A DNA stretch of 64,000 nucleotides from Camelus dromedarius (Eukaryota). The notes beneath the pieces are model-generated. The model was not told where the DNA came from, did not search any database, and was given only the letters and a program-made list of their open reading frames with translations. The position numbers and the translations under genes were made by a program. Shown one piece after another: positions 25,051 to 38,683 of the stretch. Location: contig NC_087437.1 of the NCBI RefSeq assembly GCF_036321535.1, positions 54,066,001-54,130,000 of the forward strand, in the 5' to 3' direction. Every line of letters begins with the position of its first letter. Positions within the stretch are counted from its first letter, which is position 1.

Positions 25051-28000
25051 CAGAAGTGAGAGGAGGCTACACAATCAAAAGTGGCTTATTAAAAAAAAAA
25101 AACAAAAAAACAAAACCCTGCGCGCACACAGACAGGTCCCCATGATTCCACACATGCCACACCATCTACACAATCTTTTAATGTTCACTCAGTGCTACGC
25201 ACATACACGTTCCAAATTTCACTCACACACTTGCATATGTACACACTCAATTACACACACACTCACTCAGCCCCCGGAGAAGCAAATGCACCATCATACT
25301 CAGCTGCATACGCATAAATGTGTCCAGACAACACTATCCATCACCGTACGCAAACATTTTAGGAGAACCAAATGCAAACGTATATGTATGTGACAAGCTG
25401 AGATTCAGAAGCATTCCTCTAAGAACGGATTTGAGAGTGGAATGTGGATTTTAGGACTGAATCATCCCTTTCTCCATTATCTCTGTAAAGAGTCTTGTAG
25501 ATTAAGATGTAATGGGACTCCAGAAGAACTTCTCTTTTCCTTACAGCGGAGGAAAGTACCTTAGGCTCATCCTCTATCCCTCTTAGCCCCTGAGATCCTT
25601 CTAGTCTACCTGCCCTTCTACAGTGACCAAAAAAAAAAAAAAAAAAAAAGTTAAATGGAAAAAAAAGTGAGATTGACTTCATTTTCGTCCTAGAAACTTG
25701 GAGCTAGAAAGAAATCTCAGAAACCATCTACTGAGCCTCAGAGTTTGAGCCACTGAGCCTGGAAATGGGTAGTGAAATTCTCTGGCTCACATAGTACACA
25801 GCTGGACCAGATCTCCACATTCCAAGGCCAGGGTCCTTTTCACTTAACTCTGAGTTTTCTAACAGATTCCTGGCCGGTAGGTGCAGTTTTAGGTCAGGGA
25901 CTGCCAGTCTGGATGTACAAAAGCCCAGGAACCCTCTGAACATATGTGACCATTATTGTATGTCTCTGTGTGGGGAAAGCACCAACAGACTCTTAGATCC
26001 ACTACTCCCGTACTCCCCACACGCATAGAAAGGAAGTTTGAGAAATGGTATTCTAGAGTTCTAGTTGTGGTCTGGTTAGATGTTTGCTGTCTAGATCATA
26101 GTTCTAGCAGCTTTTTGTTTTCTTCCCCTCACCCCAAATAATTCCTTATCAAGGAATGGCCAGCTAATGTCCTGGCATGGACTAACTGATCCCTGCAGGC
26201 TCTTCAAGGGATGACATTTTATAAACTTTAAGCTAGTAAAGGCTGAAAAAAATTACTGTATCTTCAGAAACCAGGTGAAGCAAAGAACTTGACCAAGCCT
26301 GTCACCAGCCAGGCATCACATATGTATTCTCATTACTTAGACCAAGACCACAGTGTTGAAAAATCAGGAGGGGTTGGAGGTGTCCTGAATGGCTTGAATA
26401 ATTGTCACCATTCCCTTTTGAGTCTGTAAGCCAAAGCAATAAGAAAATGCACAGCAGGAAGTTCTATAGCTTCCAGGGCTTGGTGAGTCCAGACAAAGCT
26501 AAGCACAAGGAGGGCATTAAAAATCACTTGTGTGTTGGAATAATCTCGGACAGCAATGGATCTGGCATTGTGGAACACAACCCTAGGAAATACGTGTTAT
26601 TTTCTCTGTAATCCCAGAACTCTCCTAGGCCTGTAGCTGGGGATTTGGAGTCTAGTTATAGCAACCCAACAGTCTCCAGGCACGCCCAAATGGTCACACA
26701 TCTTCTACACGCAGGACTTGCCATTGGCAGCCCGATTGAGTAGAAAAGGAGGGTTTTCCTAAAACAGGAGCCAGCCAAAGGACAAATAGCAGCCCTTTCA
26801 TTTCGCTCTGTGCTCTGAGATCTCTTCTGCCTCCCTCCCCAGACTCCTGCTCCTTCCCGTCCACATCCTCATTCCCCTCTTTCCTCTTTCTCCCTTTCCT
26901 AACCATCTCTGAATTTCTCCCTCAGAATCTTCCTTATTCAATCTTCTCTCTTCACTCCTCGTCCTCAACCTCTTTGCTGTACTTCCCTTTCCCCAGCCAC
27001 TTTCTGACTTTGGCCTGGTTCAACCTGTCTTTTTCCCTGCCTTCTCTGCACGACTCCCTCCCTTCCTGCTCTGTTCTGTCGATAACCCTCCCAGTCTCTG
27101 CCTCCACTCCCTCCCTCTCCTTCCTCCATCCTTCTCAGCTGCTTCTCATAAAAAATACTCATGATCTTTAGTTAAGTACCTATTTGAGGATAGTAAAATC
27201 TGGGTTGCTTCCCTCCTACCTTTGCCGAATTACTGAGGCTGTGGATGAGATCACTTCTGGGCTTTTTTTTTGTTTGTTTTGTTTTGTTTTGTTTATAATT
27301 CTCACATTGTTAGAAGTCTAGGAACCACTTAAGAAAGAAGCAGAATCACGACAAAAGGGGACACAAATTCTTCCTTAAACACCCCTGTGGGCAAGTTTTG
27401 AGTAAAGGTTGATTTAGCACAAAGACATTTCAAACTTCCCCAAACTGAGCTCTCCACAGCCAGTCCCCAGGGCATTGCTCCCAAGTCCCAAACGCTGGGA
27501 GGGGGAAGCTGTGCATGGTTAAACAGGGGACCCTATTTCCTAGACCTTGGTCACCAGGAATGACTTCCCCTATCCTTATGCAGCCCTCTGGGGTTCACAA
27601 AGCACTTTCTCATCCTATACATCAGGACAGGCTAGCCCCATCTCACAGAGGTGGAAACTGAGATGTGGGAGCACGGTGTCTTACACAAGGGCACACAGGC
27701 AGAAAGTGGCGAGGTCGTGGGAGGCTGTTGATTGTCCTTAGAAACATTCACCCTCCCCTGACTCAAAAATGCCAGAAACACCTGGATGAGCTGTCTGCAG
27801 CTGGGATACGAGTGCCTCTAGGAGGCATGCTGGCTTCCTTCACAGGCAGCAATCAGGCCAGGATGTGATTTCCCACATCCCTGTGAAATGTGCATTTGGG
27901 GAGGGTGACTACCTGCCAGTATGAGGGGAAGACACTCATCTGAATAAGAAACAATAAAATCTATAAGCAAACATATGTTTAACATTAAGCAAGGCAGGGA

Positions 28001-28419
28001 AGCAGAAAGTAACTGTACTTGGAGTCCAGAGACCTTGGTTCTAGTTCTGGTTCTGCCACAGTCCAGTTGGAGGCTTCCTTTCTGGGCATTAGTCTCCTCA
28101 TCTGCAAAATAAAAGGCTTGATAGGTAATTTTGTGGTTCCTTCCCGCCCTGGTAATCAACAAGTTCAAGTTGGAGGAAATAAAGAGGCAAACCACAGTAC
28201 ACTGTGATGTTAAAATGCTGTTTCTTTCTCAAAATGAGAACTTTATATTGGAAGAGTCTGACTTTTATGGAGCAGGAGGGAGGAAGTTGGGTGCAGTGGG
28301 CATTTTCACAGGCCTGTTAGAAAGAAAACTTGCTCTTGTGTCTTGCTGCTACTGACCTGCTTTCCCATCCTGGACCTCAGTTACTCCATCTGTGAAACTG
28401 ATTCCCTCATATCCTTTCT

Positions 28420-29300
28420 ATAAATAAGTACTGAGAATCTGCATTGCTTGAGAGGTTGATAATATAGTAGTGAACTAGATAAACAAAGCCCTGGTGAGAA
28501 AGACAAATCATAAACAATCAATTAATTAATTAATATATGTTCAAGTTGGTAAGAACTAAAGCAACATATAAAGCACGATGGTGAGGGGAAAACCCTTCAG
28601 AGGAGGAACAACTTGAGTAGAGACCTGAATGAGGTAAGGGAGCTAGCCATGCAAATATCTGAATAAAGGCATTTCCTTGTCAGATGGAAGGACTGTTCAA
28701 AGGCCCTGTAGTGGAAGCCTGCTTGGTACATTCTAACGTCAGAAACAAGGCAAGGGAACTAGAACAGAGTGGGTGAATCAGAGAAGGCTAGGAGATGAGG
28801 CCAGCAAGACAGGCCGGGACCATATCACAGAGAGCCTTGAAGATCATGGGAAGAAAATCATTGGAGGATTTTTGAGCAAGGGATTGACCTGAGTTGACTT
28901 TTTTAAAAGCAATGCCTTCTGCCAAGTGGAGAATAAACTGTAGGAGAGCAGAAGGAGATTCAGGAAAATAACTTAGGAGTTTAAGAGCCATTTAAAAGAA
29001 AAGAAAAGCCAGGATGAAACAGACATAATCTCCCTTAAACACCCATAGTCCAGCTGGTTGACTTGGCATAAAGGCATTTTATACTTCCAACCTGAGCAGC
29101 CAACCCCTGGAGCCCATCTTTATGGAAGAGGAGGTGGTTTGTGCACATTATTGAAGACTTTATTTTCCAGACTAGTTGAAACAAGAGAAGGTGGTGTTTG
29201 GAACACAAGTGATAGCCATGAAGAAGGTGAGGACTGGCTAGGTTCGAAGTTTATTTTGAAGTAGCGTTGACAAGACATGCTGATGGTTTATGCAGATCTC
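28420..29300 (-). mobile_element. L2 LINE fragment
   Basis: gagacctgaatgaggtaagggagctagccatgcaaatatctg...caaaggccctgtagtggaagcctgcttggtacattct...cattggaggatttttgagcaaggg, a typical antisense L2. Confidence 0.7.
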
Positions 29301-32300
29301 AAGTTAAGAAAACAAGAGGAAAAACTGCCAACAATTTCAAACAAGTGATCTAGACATTCCCTGCAATGATTTCAAGTTCCAAGAATTCCTGGGTGCAAGA
29401 AGTGGATTTCTGACAAAGATTTTTCCTGGACATTTTGTAAATAAAAACCATTTTTATTTCCCAGACAGCAGAAAGAATTAGAGGAAGTGAAGAGAAGCAA
29501 CATGGAATAATGGGAAAAGCCCTGGACCAGATGTCTGAGGTCCTCGACTTAAGTGCTCAGTGTTCTCTTGCTTAAAATAAGCCTGATAATCCTTGCTTTT
29601 GCTAAAATATGATTTAAGAATCAGATCAGACAGTGTAATTGAAAGTGTTTGGTTATCCATATAGTGTGATAAAAAAGGTAAAGTCCTGTTTTTGTCATTG
29701 CTGCTGAGAGGGAGGCTGTCAGCCTACACCAAGGGGTGACACTCAGTGAACCAGCCTCTGGAAGCTGGAGTGTCCCCGCTGATACTCTGACCCCATGAGG
29801 CAGACAGGCCTTCCTCTTGAGGGCACTGTAGGTGTGACCTGAAGGTCCAAGGAGATCCCTTTCACAGAAATGCAGCAGATAGGTGCTGAAATTCATTCAT
29901 TAGAATTAGTATATTAAACTATTAAAAAATTAGACTTCTATATACTTTTCCTTAGTACATTTCCTTAGTGCAAAAGACATAGTGCACTTAAACTTGATAG
30001 TTATTAACACTTTAGTGTGAATTTCTATGTAGAATTGTCTTCTAGCCTATAGCTGCCTAAAGGCAGGTTTTGATTTAAGTAAAACTGGGAGGAGATCAAT
30101 TTGGAGTAAGTGACCCATCCAGTAGAGGGCAGACTTACTGGCGTGCGTTGCTGGGGGTGGGGGCAGGCTGGAGTGAGCATGGAGACTGCTCTTGCCCAAG
30201 GGCAAGTGTGCTCGGGTGAGGATACCATAAGGACCTTTTTTTCTATAGAAGCCTACCTCCATGAAGCATGCGAATGAGGACTTGTAATTCTCTGAGAGCT
30301 TCTGTTAAGCTGGACTTCAGCAGGAAGAGTCCCAGCTCGTGCCCCTAAAGCTGCTGGGGGTAGACAAGCCAGACTTTCCTGCCAAATTAGCTTTCACCAA
30401 CTTCCACAAAGCCTGGCCTAAAGTCATCATATTAAATAATGAAGAGTGAAGGGGTCACTGAATGAAGCCCATGGGTGGGTGAGTGGTGACACATCAGGCC
30501 TCGTCTCCTTGCAGTAGGCTCCTATCTGGTCTCCATCCTGTCACTCTCCAGCTCAGAAGCTTTCAATGACTCCCCAGTGCCAACCAGTTCAAATACAAAT
30601 ACATCAGCCTGACAATCTTGTTTCCGCAGACCCTGGTCTGAGGTCAGTCTCCCTCTGTGTCACTCTTCATCCCATCCCCCTAGCCCCCTGTCCTTCGCTG
30701 TACACACCCTGCAGTTTCTTACATCCATTTTTATGTGCATGCTCTTCCCTCCACCTGGAATACCTTGGACCCATCTCAGACCATTAACATCATACAGTTT
30801 ATTTTAAGCCAAGAGCTCCTCATTTAGAACCAATATGGCCTCCAAAGTATGTCTTTTGTGTGTCTACTAGAGACCTTCACAGATTCCTTTCTATCTCTAA
30901 GGGCAGAAGCCTTGTTTTGGTCATATTTATATTTTCCTCAGAGACCATAAACATGTGAAGCACAGAGTAGTTGCTGAAAAAATGTTGTCTGAGTTGGAGA
31001 CAAACTTTGTCTCCTTACATGAGATGTCCCTGTGGATTCTGTACGTAGAACAAGCATCGTGAACCTCAGGTAACTGAGGACAGTATCACTTGACCCCCAA
31101 CCCTAGGGAGCTGATACTTTCAGGAACACACACCTGTTGATCCCTTGGTCATCCCTTGAGCTTCAGCAAGAAAAAAACCCATAACATGTTAATGTAATTG
31201 CTCCTACCTGCTAAGAACTAACTGAAGTTGTCACATGAACATGCTAATATAGTCACTGAAAACATCAGGGACTTCACTGAAAGGCCTTGGGAGGACACAT
31301 CCATCGACCACTGAAGAAGACATGTGTCCCTGGTCCACAGCAGGAGTGAACAGTACTGCTAACTCACCTCTGTGCAGGGTTTCACATTTGATTAAGTGTG
31401 TTAATATCAAGCAAACAAGAAAATGGAGGCCTCAGGTTAGACAGTCAGTGCATAGCTGGCTGATGTCAGAGCCCTGTCTGCCACTCCGCTGTCATTCTAT
31501 GACTTCTGCTCAGGGCTCCCCAGTGAAATGAAATTGAACTGGCTCTGCCCACTGGGCCACCTAGAGAACACCTCTCAGTTCTCTTTACCTATTTTCCTCC
31601 TGAAAACAAGGTGTTAAATCTCAGATCTTCCATGAGCCTTCCCAGTGCAGTCGGCAGGGGAGGAGCTGTCTTGACCAGCTGGGTCTGAGAAAGGAGGCCG
31701 GAAACCAACAGTCCTGTCCCTGAAAAAGTACAGGATAGATGGCGAAGTTCTTCTTCGGGGGGATCCCGAGAACTCTGCTCTGAAACAGCCTGATAAGGGC
31801 TATCTAAACACAGATATGCTCCATGGAGTGAAAGCATCCCTATGGTAGCTCCAATTTCCCACACTCGGACAATGAGCACTCATGCAGACTGGTGGATCTT
31901 AGCCCTGCCTTCACACCAAGTTTGTCTGGGAAACGTTTTAAAAGCGTAGATGCCTGGGATTCAGCTTAGAAGATTCTGACTGTAGTTTTTGAGAGCTCAT
32001 CTCTAGTCTGCAAGTAGAATTAAGGGCTCGACCCTTCTAGAAAATGATGGGGTCACACACCACTGCCCACCATGGCTCCTCTCTCATCTCACTCTGCTCT
32101 GTGTCCCTTTGTCTTCTTTCCCCACCTTTGACTTGGGACTACCCTTGTCGGGACCAGAGCACCTGCTTTACTGACTTCCTGGGCACAACCCCAAGAGCTA
32201 AGGGCAGAGGCAGGACAGGGGCCAGAAGTGGATCCGTCCACAGACTAGGACCCTCAAAAGCACCGAGTGCCACACACCTGTGTTTCCATACAGGAAAACT

Positions 32301-32684
32301 GAAGCCAAGAGAAGGAAAGGGTCTCTGAAAAACCACACAACGAGTGTCAGAGACAGATCCTCTGGTTCTCTTGTTGGATGTTCTTTCTGTGCTACAAGTG
32401 CACTGGAAATTCCTTGACTCCCTTCCACCCAAGTGGCTGAAATCACGTAAGATTGGCAGCTTCTGTCCTCTGTCTCACCATCAGCCTGAAGCAAAACCCC
32501 ATTCCCTGATATCCTATAGAGAAAGCTTTGGGGATTCGTGTGTTGAGCTTTCACGCTTTGTGTCTCCATCTTTTTCTCGCTGTGCATTTCCGAATGCTAT
32601 GACGCAATGGACCTGCTCCTCAAGGCCATGACTGAACCCGGCTGCTTCAGCTCTCTAGAGGAAGATGTTCTTAAAACTGAGCTT

Positions 32685-32703
32685 TCCTGCCCTCTGCTGG
32701 CCA
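32685..32703 (-). promoter_or_regulatory. Candidate CTCF site
   Basis: Minus strand TGGCCAGCAGAGGGCAG closely matches the CTCF core CCASYAGRKGGCRS. Confidence 0.65.
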
Positions 32704-32766
32704 ACTGGTAGAAGACAATTTTAGGGCAGGATTTTATTCATTCCTTCATTTCCTCGACCAGTGTTT

Positions 32767-32977
32767 GGTTTTGTTTGTTTTTTTGTTTTTTGTTGCTATT
32801 TTTTTAATTGAGTTATTGGGAGTTCGAGATTTGTAGATACCGACAGGCATATGTAGAATAGATAAACAAGATTATACTGTATAGCACAGGGAAATATATA
32901 CAAGTTCTGGTGGTAACTCACAGCAAAAAAGAATGCGAGAATGAATATATGTATGCTTATGTATGACTGAAAACTTG
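32767..32977 (-). mobile_element. Short L1 insertion with 5' inversion, nested in an L2 3' end
   Basis: T-rich tail at about 32767-32806, then 32817-32977 matches the L1 3' UTR of the 10.6-kb copy in the opposite orientation. Degenerate TSD at 32751-32766 and 32978-32993. Confidence 0.75.
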
Positions 32978-33737
32978 TCCTCCACCAACGTTTTTAAAGC
33001 ACCCACTAGGCAGAGAGCACTGTGCTTGGTGCTGGAGTTGCAAAGAAGTACTCAAACAAGAATCTCTTCAGTCAAACATTTGATTATTGGAACATTTTGC
33101 CAGACACTACCAGGGAAACAGAGATGACCAAACCTCAATCCTTGATTTCAAAAAGAAGTTGCAATCTGGTAAATTACACAGATTTTTGTCAGATCCATAG
33201 AATCAAACAATTAGTGCTAGAAGGGACTTCAAACCCTTTATAACCCTCAGTAGTCATTACAAGCTTCCCAAATTAGGTCTAGGGCTCCCTACACACACCC
33301 CACGGGACCGCCAAGGCAGGGGGAGGGGACCTGCTGCAGGGATTCTGTTTCACTGAACAGTATTCCACCACAAAATTCCATAGAAACAAAGAGCTTGAAG
33401 GAGGACGCAAAGTTTAAAAACCGCAGTTGTAATAGAAACAGTCCTCCCACATTTAACCTCACAAACCTGTACTCACAGTTGATGTCACATTTACAGCTGG
33501 TCTCACAGGCACTGGCCTGATCACCTTTTTGCACTCACAGACCAGTGGACTCTCACTCCCTTTGCAAGGTCCCTCCAAGGAGGCCTCACTTGCGTAGAGA
33601 GCTCCCTCTTGCTATTAGCACCGTTGCTACTGGGTCTGGCCAGGGCTCCCTGGCCCCCAGGTCGCAACCAAGGACACTTCCCTGGACCACCACTCTTTCC
33701 GTGAAGCTCTAAAGTACCAAGCTCGCATCTCTTACTC

Positions 33738-33972
33738 TAGTGGCTTTCCAATTTTGGGCTGCAGTTACATAATAAAGACATTTTATATCATAATCCAGTG
33801 CATGCACATACCCGCCCCATGTTTCTCAAAACACTATTTACCTTTATCACTTGCAATCCACTCTGGCATTTTCTGTTCTTTTTTGTTTCTTTTTCTGTTT
33901 AATGCTGGTCATGGCCCACTAAATTAACTGTGGCCCACGGCTGAGTCATAAGCCTCGGCTGGAAATGCACTA
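33738..33972. mobile_element. hAT-Charlie-like MER fragment (MER119-like)
   Basis: Imperfect inverted termini tagtggctttcca ... tggaaatgcacta and internal acattttatatcataatccagt. Confidence 0.4.
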
Positions 33973-34219
33973 CCTTGGACCGCGGCCCACGTGCCCTGCC
34001 CTCTGCCTTGGAATTCCCAGGCTGCTGCTCTCCGCACTGCGGCACTCCTTACTGGGGTGCCAGGCAACAGGCCCTGCCACCTGGGGTGCTGGTGCTCCCC
34101 TCTCCTCTCCTCCCCACCTTCCATCCTTTTAGAGGGTCTCACAGCTGCTTTAATAGCTAGGGGTCTACACTGTTAAGGGATTTAGGTCCCTGCCTGTTAA
34201 AGCAGCTGTGTTTACTAAC

Positions 34220-35062
34220 TGCGGTGGGTTGAATGGTGGCCTCCCCACCCAAAATGTATGTCCACATCCTAAACCCTAGAACCTTGGAATGCAACTTTAT
34301 TTGAAAAAAAGTGTCTTTTCAGATATAATTCAGTCAAAGATATCAACATGAGGTTATTCTGGATTATCTCAGTGGGCCCCAAAATCCAAAGAAAAGTGTA
34401 CATATAAAAAACAAATGAAGAGACAGAGAAAGACAAATATCATATGATGTCACTTATATGTGGAATATAAAAAAAAATGCAAATTTTATTTACAAACTAG
34501 AAATAGACTCACAGATATAGAAAACAAACTGTGGTCACCAGGGGGAAAGGAGGGGCAGCGGAGGGATAGATTAGGAGTTTGGGATTAACAGATATACATT
34601 ATTATATATAAAACAGATAAACAAAAAGTACTTACCATATAGCACTGGGAACTATATTCAATATCTTGTAATAAGCCCTATTGGAAAAGAATCTGAAAAT
34701 ATGTATGTATGTATAACTCAATCACTTTGCTGTACACCTGAAACTAACACTGTAAATTGACTGCATGTCAATTAAAAAATATGAATTTAAAAAAAAACAA
34801 ACAGATGACGAGACACAGAAAAGGCCATGTGATGATGCAGGCAGAGATTGGAGTGATGCAACCACAGCCGGAAAATACCTGGAGCCACCAGATACTGGAG
34901 GAGGCAGGAAAGACTTTTACCCTAGAGCCTCTGGAGGAATCACAGCTGACTGATACTTGATTTCAGACTTCTAGCCTCCAGAACTGCAAGAGAATAAATT
35001 TCAGCTTTCTGAAGCCACCAGTTTGTGGTAATCTGTTACAGCTGCTGTAAGAAACTAATACA
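34220..35062 (+). mobile_element. MLT1 (MaLR) solo LTR interrupted by an L1
   Basis: 5' tgcggtgggttgaatggtggc...tatgtccacatcctaa; 3' gcagagattggagtgatgca...cttctagcctccagaactg...gaaactaataca. Confidence 0.8.
34425..34797 (+). mobile_element. L1 3' end nested in the MLT1 LTR
   Basis: gagaaagacaaatatcatatgatgtcacttatatgtggaat...agcactgggaactatattcaatatcttgtaata...A-rich tail. Degenerate TSD aaaacaaatgaagagaca / aaaacagatgacgagaca. Confidence 0.85.
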
Positions 35063-37309
35063 TTAACCAAGCCTCTTCTTTCCCTCAGCTGGAGGGGACA
35101 AGACAGAGCTGGTGATTCAGGTCATGGTCACCCTCCAACCTGGGGCCACTCTTTTGCCTCCAAACCACAAGCCCCTTAAATGGGGTCATGCTCATCCTGC
35201 TGGATGCTTTCTTCCAAAGCGTAGATCCTACCAGGAGGCTCTAGAATCTCTTCTTGCAATTTGGCTGCTGTTGTAAGGCCCCACCCCACCCTCCTTCTGA
35301 CAGACATACCTTGATCAGCTAAATCTTAACTATGGACACATTGGAATCTTGTCCCCAGGAAGTTCCTCAATATCCAGGTACATCAGTTGTTCAAACTAGA
35401 AACCAGGCTTAATACAGCAGTAGAATTGGTGGGTGGGGTATGATGATAAAAGCCCAGAAAAGTGAAATGTTTTACCCCAAACCACACAGTGAATTAGTGG
35501 CGGGTGGGAGTTTATCTGAATGCTCATGGCATAAATATGAAGAGCTTCAGGGTTTCCACCTTTCAACAGCATTATGGGGAATGTATTCTCTAGCAAGAGA
35601 ATCAGAGATATCACAAATAAGGGGTATCAAGATATAAGGTCAAGCCTCCATTCCTTAAGCAGATTTTCTAACCATGCAGCTTTCAACCTGTTCATATCAC
35701 CATCTTGCTGAAGGGGAATCACTGTTGTCTCCCTTTTACCCTAAATCTACATTTTCTAATCATAAAAAATTTCCAATAAATTGATGAACCAATGCCATGC
35801 CTTGGGGAAAAAATGCACAGTTGGCTCAGAAACATTTGACAGCAGGAGTCACAGGGAAACAGATGTCAGCTTTGGGTTCTAAATGGAGGACTAGTACATC
35901 TGGGAAACTTGTTCTTAGATCGAAGGAGAGGTGAGATGAGCTCTAGTGAGAACAGATTCTTGCAACTACAATAAATGCACAAGATAACTTGCTAGTCCAG
36001 TCCAGCCCTGGATTCCATGCCTGTTGAAAGCTGTCTTCCAGATCCTGATCCCCATTTTCTCCTGAAAAAGAAGCTGGGCATTTCTTTACAGATTTACTCT
36101 TGGCCATTGCAGAGGATTGATGCCAAAAAACACACACCCTGTCCTTTTAGAGCCCATAACACAAAGGGGCAGACCCATATATCTAAATATCCTGAAACAA
36201 GATAGACCATGGTGGTATTTTTCCCATTACAGCAATTACCTTATTGTCCAGCAGTAGTGTGATCACATGTCTGGCTCCTTGTAAAAGGGCTTTAAACAGC
36301 ATCTTGGTTTAAACCCCATCTTGGTTTACCTGAAAGATTGCCTGGAACACATAAGTCTCATGAGAGGTGGAGAATAAATATTCCTTTCACACTGCAGAGA
36401 CAAAGGTACATGCTCATAAGGTTAACCTCACACCAACTCTGCAAAAGTTCTCTCCTAAAGCTCTTGTCAGCCATCCTGGCTGACAATTTTTGCACATCTT
36501 TCGGACATTTCTGTTTCCAGGTTTCTAGAAGTCCAACTTCCCTCCTTGTCTTCAGGTACTGGTCTGATGTCCAGCTGTCTTCTGGATGTTAGCAGGTGCC
36601 TCTGCCCTCTGGTAAAGAGCCGTGGTCCTTGTACAGGATCTGAGCTGAGTCTCAACATACACAATGTATTGAGCCCAAACAGGCCTATTTAATTCTTTAT
36701 TCCTGGGCAGCCTTGGCTCCCATACCAGATTTAAAATAACCAGCTCACAGACCTTGCAAAACTGGACATCTCACTAAGCCTCAGTCTTCCCCCATAGGTG
36801 TGGATAATCATAGTGCCTCTCTCATGGGTTGTTATCAAAGGGAAATTAGACACAAGAGGTGGTACAAAGTTAGCATCCCCTTCACTTCCAGCTTGGGGTA
36901 GCACAATACATGAAATATGCAGGACAGGAGCGAGGGTGGGGTAGAGAATATTGCATCCAACAAGAGAATTTAGTCAGTCAACCACTCTGATTAAGCCATG
37001 ACTTTGTGTTAGTTACTGGGGAGGGAAAGATGAAAAGCAAGTGACAGTGGCAGGCAGACCACAAGCACACAAGCAGTGATGACACAGTCTGAGAAGGGCA
37101 GCGGCGGAGGCAGCCTCCAGTGCCAAGACCCAAGCACCCCCAGGGCTGGGAAGGAAGGCTTCACGTGGAGCTCACGCTCAAACTGACACTGAAGGAAATG
37201 CTCTTGAAAGCCAGGTGGGAATGGGGCTCCGGGGAGCACACACATCTGACCTGGAGGGGTATCTGCGTGATCAGAGAGGCAGGATAGCAGAATTGATTGG
37301 GAATTTATG

Positions 37310-37525
37310 TTCTGGGATTGGAGAGACCCTGACTTTCAACTTCAGGACCTTGACATATTAACTGGATTACCATGAAGGAGTTTCTTCCCCTCTCTAAGCC
37401 TCGATTAGAAAACAGAGATAATAAGAGCACATGCCTCACAGGATGGTTTTCAAATTCAATGCACACAAAGCGCTGAGCACAGCATCTCACACATAGTAAG
37501 TGATTATAATCGCACATGCTTATTG
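37310..37525 (+). mobile_element. MIR SINE
   Basis: ctctctaagcctc...gcctcacaggatggttttcaaattcaatg...aaagcgctgagcacagcatctcacacatagtaagtg. Confidence 0.6.
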
Positions 37526-37559
37526 AGTCCTTCTCAATTAATGGTACGTGTTATCCTTA

Positions 37560-38210
37560 TCTGGAAATGAGGTGCACTGGCCACTGAGACTAAGTTTTAT
37601 CCATTAGCAGGAGAGAGGTCTGGAAGAGTGTAAGCCGGGGAGTGAGCTGATCACATCTGATTACTGGAAAATCACCCCAGGAAAGTGGTAGAGTGGAAGG
37701 TGGGCTGTAAGAGAGGAGGTTAGAGGCTTGACGATTACTAAGGAGGCTGCAGAGGCAAGAGACACAAATGATGAGTTCAGGCAGCAGGAAGTGGGAAAGA
37801 AAGGAGTCCAATCCTAGAGGGACTTGGGAAGAGTGATCAACAGGATATGGTGACGGATTCGGGCGGGGTGAGGCAGGGCGGTGAGAGAGGTCAGGAGATA
37901 ACTCCCAGATTTCGGAAGGAGGAGGAGCAAGTTTGGGTGGCAAAATGATGAGATCAGTTTTGGTGATGCTGAGAAAGCTCCCAGGGGACAGGTCAATTGG
38001 TCTGGGGGTCTGAAGTTCAGTGGAAACGCTTGGAGCCATAAGGACCAGGAGTTCATATGCAGTGGAAACCTAAGTCATGAGTTGGGGTGTATAACTGAGG
38101 GAAAAGCAGCAGAGTGAGAGAGTCCGGGGAACACCAGCATGTAAGGGATGCTGAGAGACAGAATGTTGCAGCAGAGAGGAAACGGAAATGGAAGACCAAG
38201 GAGCAAGTGC
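37560..38210 (-). mobile_element. L2 LINE fragment
   Basis: ggagcaagtttgggtgg...gatcagttttggtgatgctgag...tgaagttcagtggaaacgcttggag...ggaacaccagcatgtaaggg. Confidence 0.6.
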
Positions 38211-38660
38211 TGCTATGATCTCTTCAAGGAGGGGCTGCAGAAGGTGGCAGCCAAGTGAGATAGAGACGGTTTGACCATGGAGTGGGGGCCAGTCACAGTT
38301 ATGCCTGAGGGAATGAGCACAGCAAGTGCATTCCCCTAGTGGGGCAGCCTCGTGGGCCGGGCAAAAGGAAAGCTGCTGGGATCCAGGTACTGTCTCTACT
38401 GTTTACGCTTCCCCTTGGTCATTGCCTCCCCGTGATGGAGACACACAGCCCCACTGTCACCTGGATGGTCCACTTCCACAGATCTGCCTTATCTGCCCCT
38501 TCCCTCACCATCCCCAGGATCCAGGACAGCTACAGAATTTGCTACAAGGTGTTTTCTTCCAGGATGACATCACACGTGACACTACATCACGAGTAAGGAG
38601 TGATGCCACCGTTTACACATTTCTGCAGAGCACAGGAATATATTCTCCAAGCCCTAAACC

Positions 38661-38683
38661 AACACACACACACACACACACAC
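38661..38683. repeat. (CA)n microsatellite
   Basis: aacacacacacacacacacacac. Confidence 0.9.
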
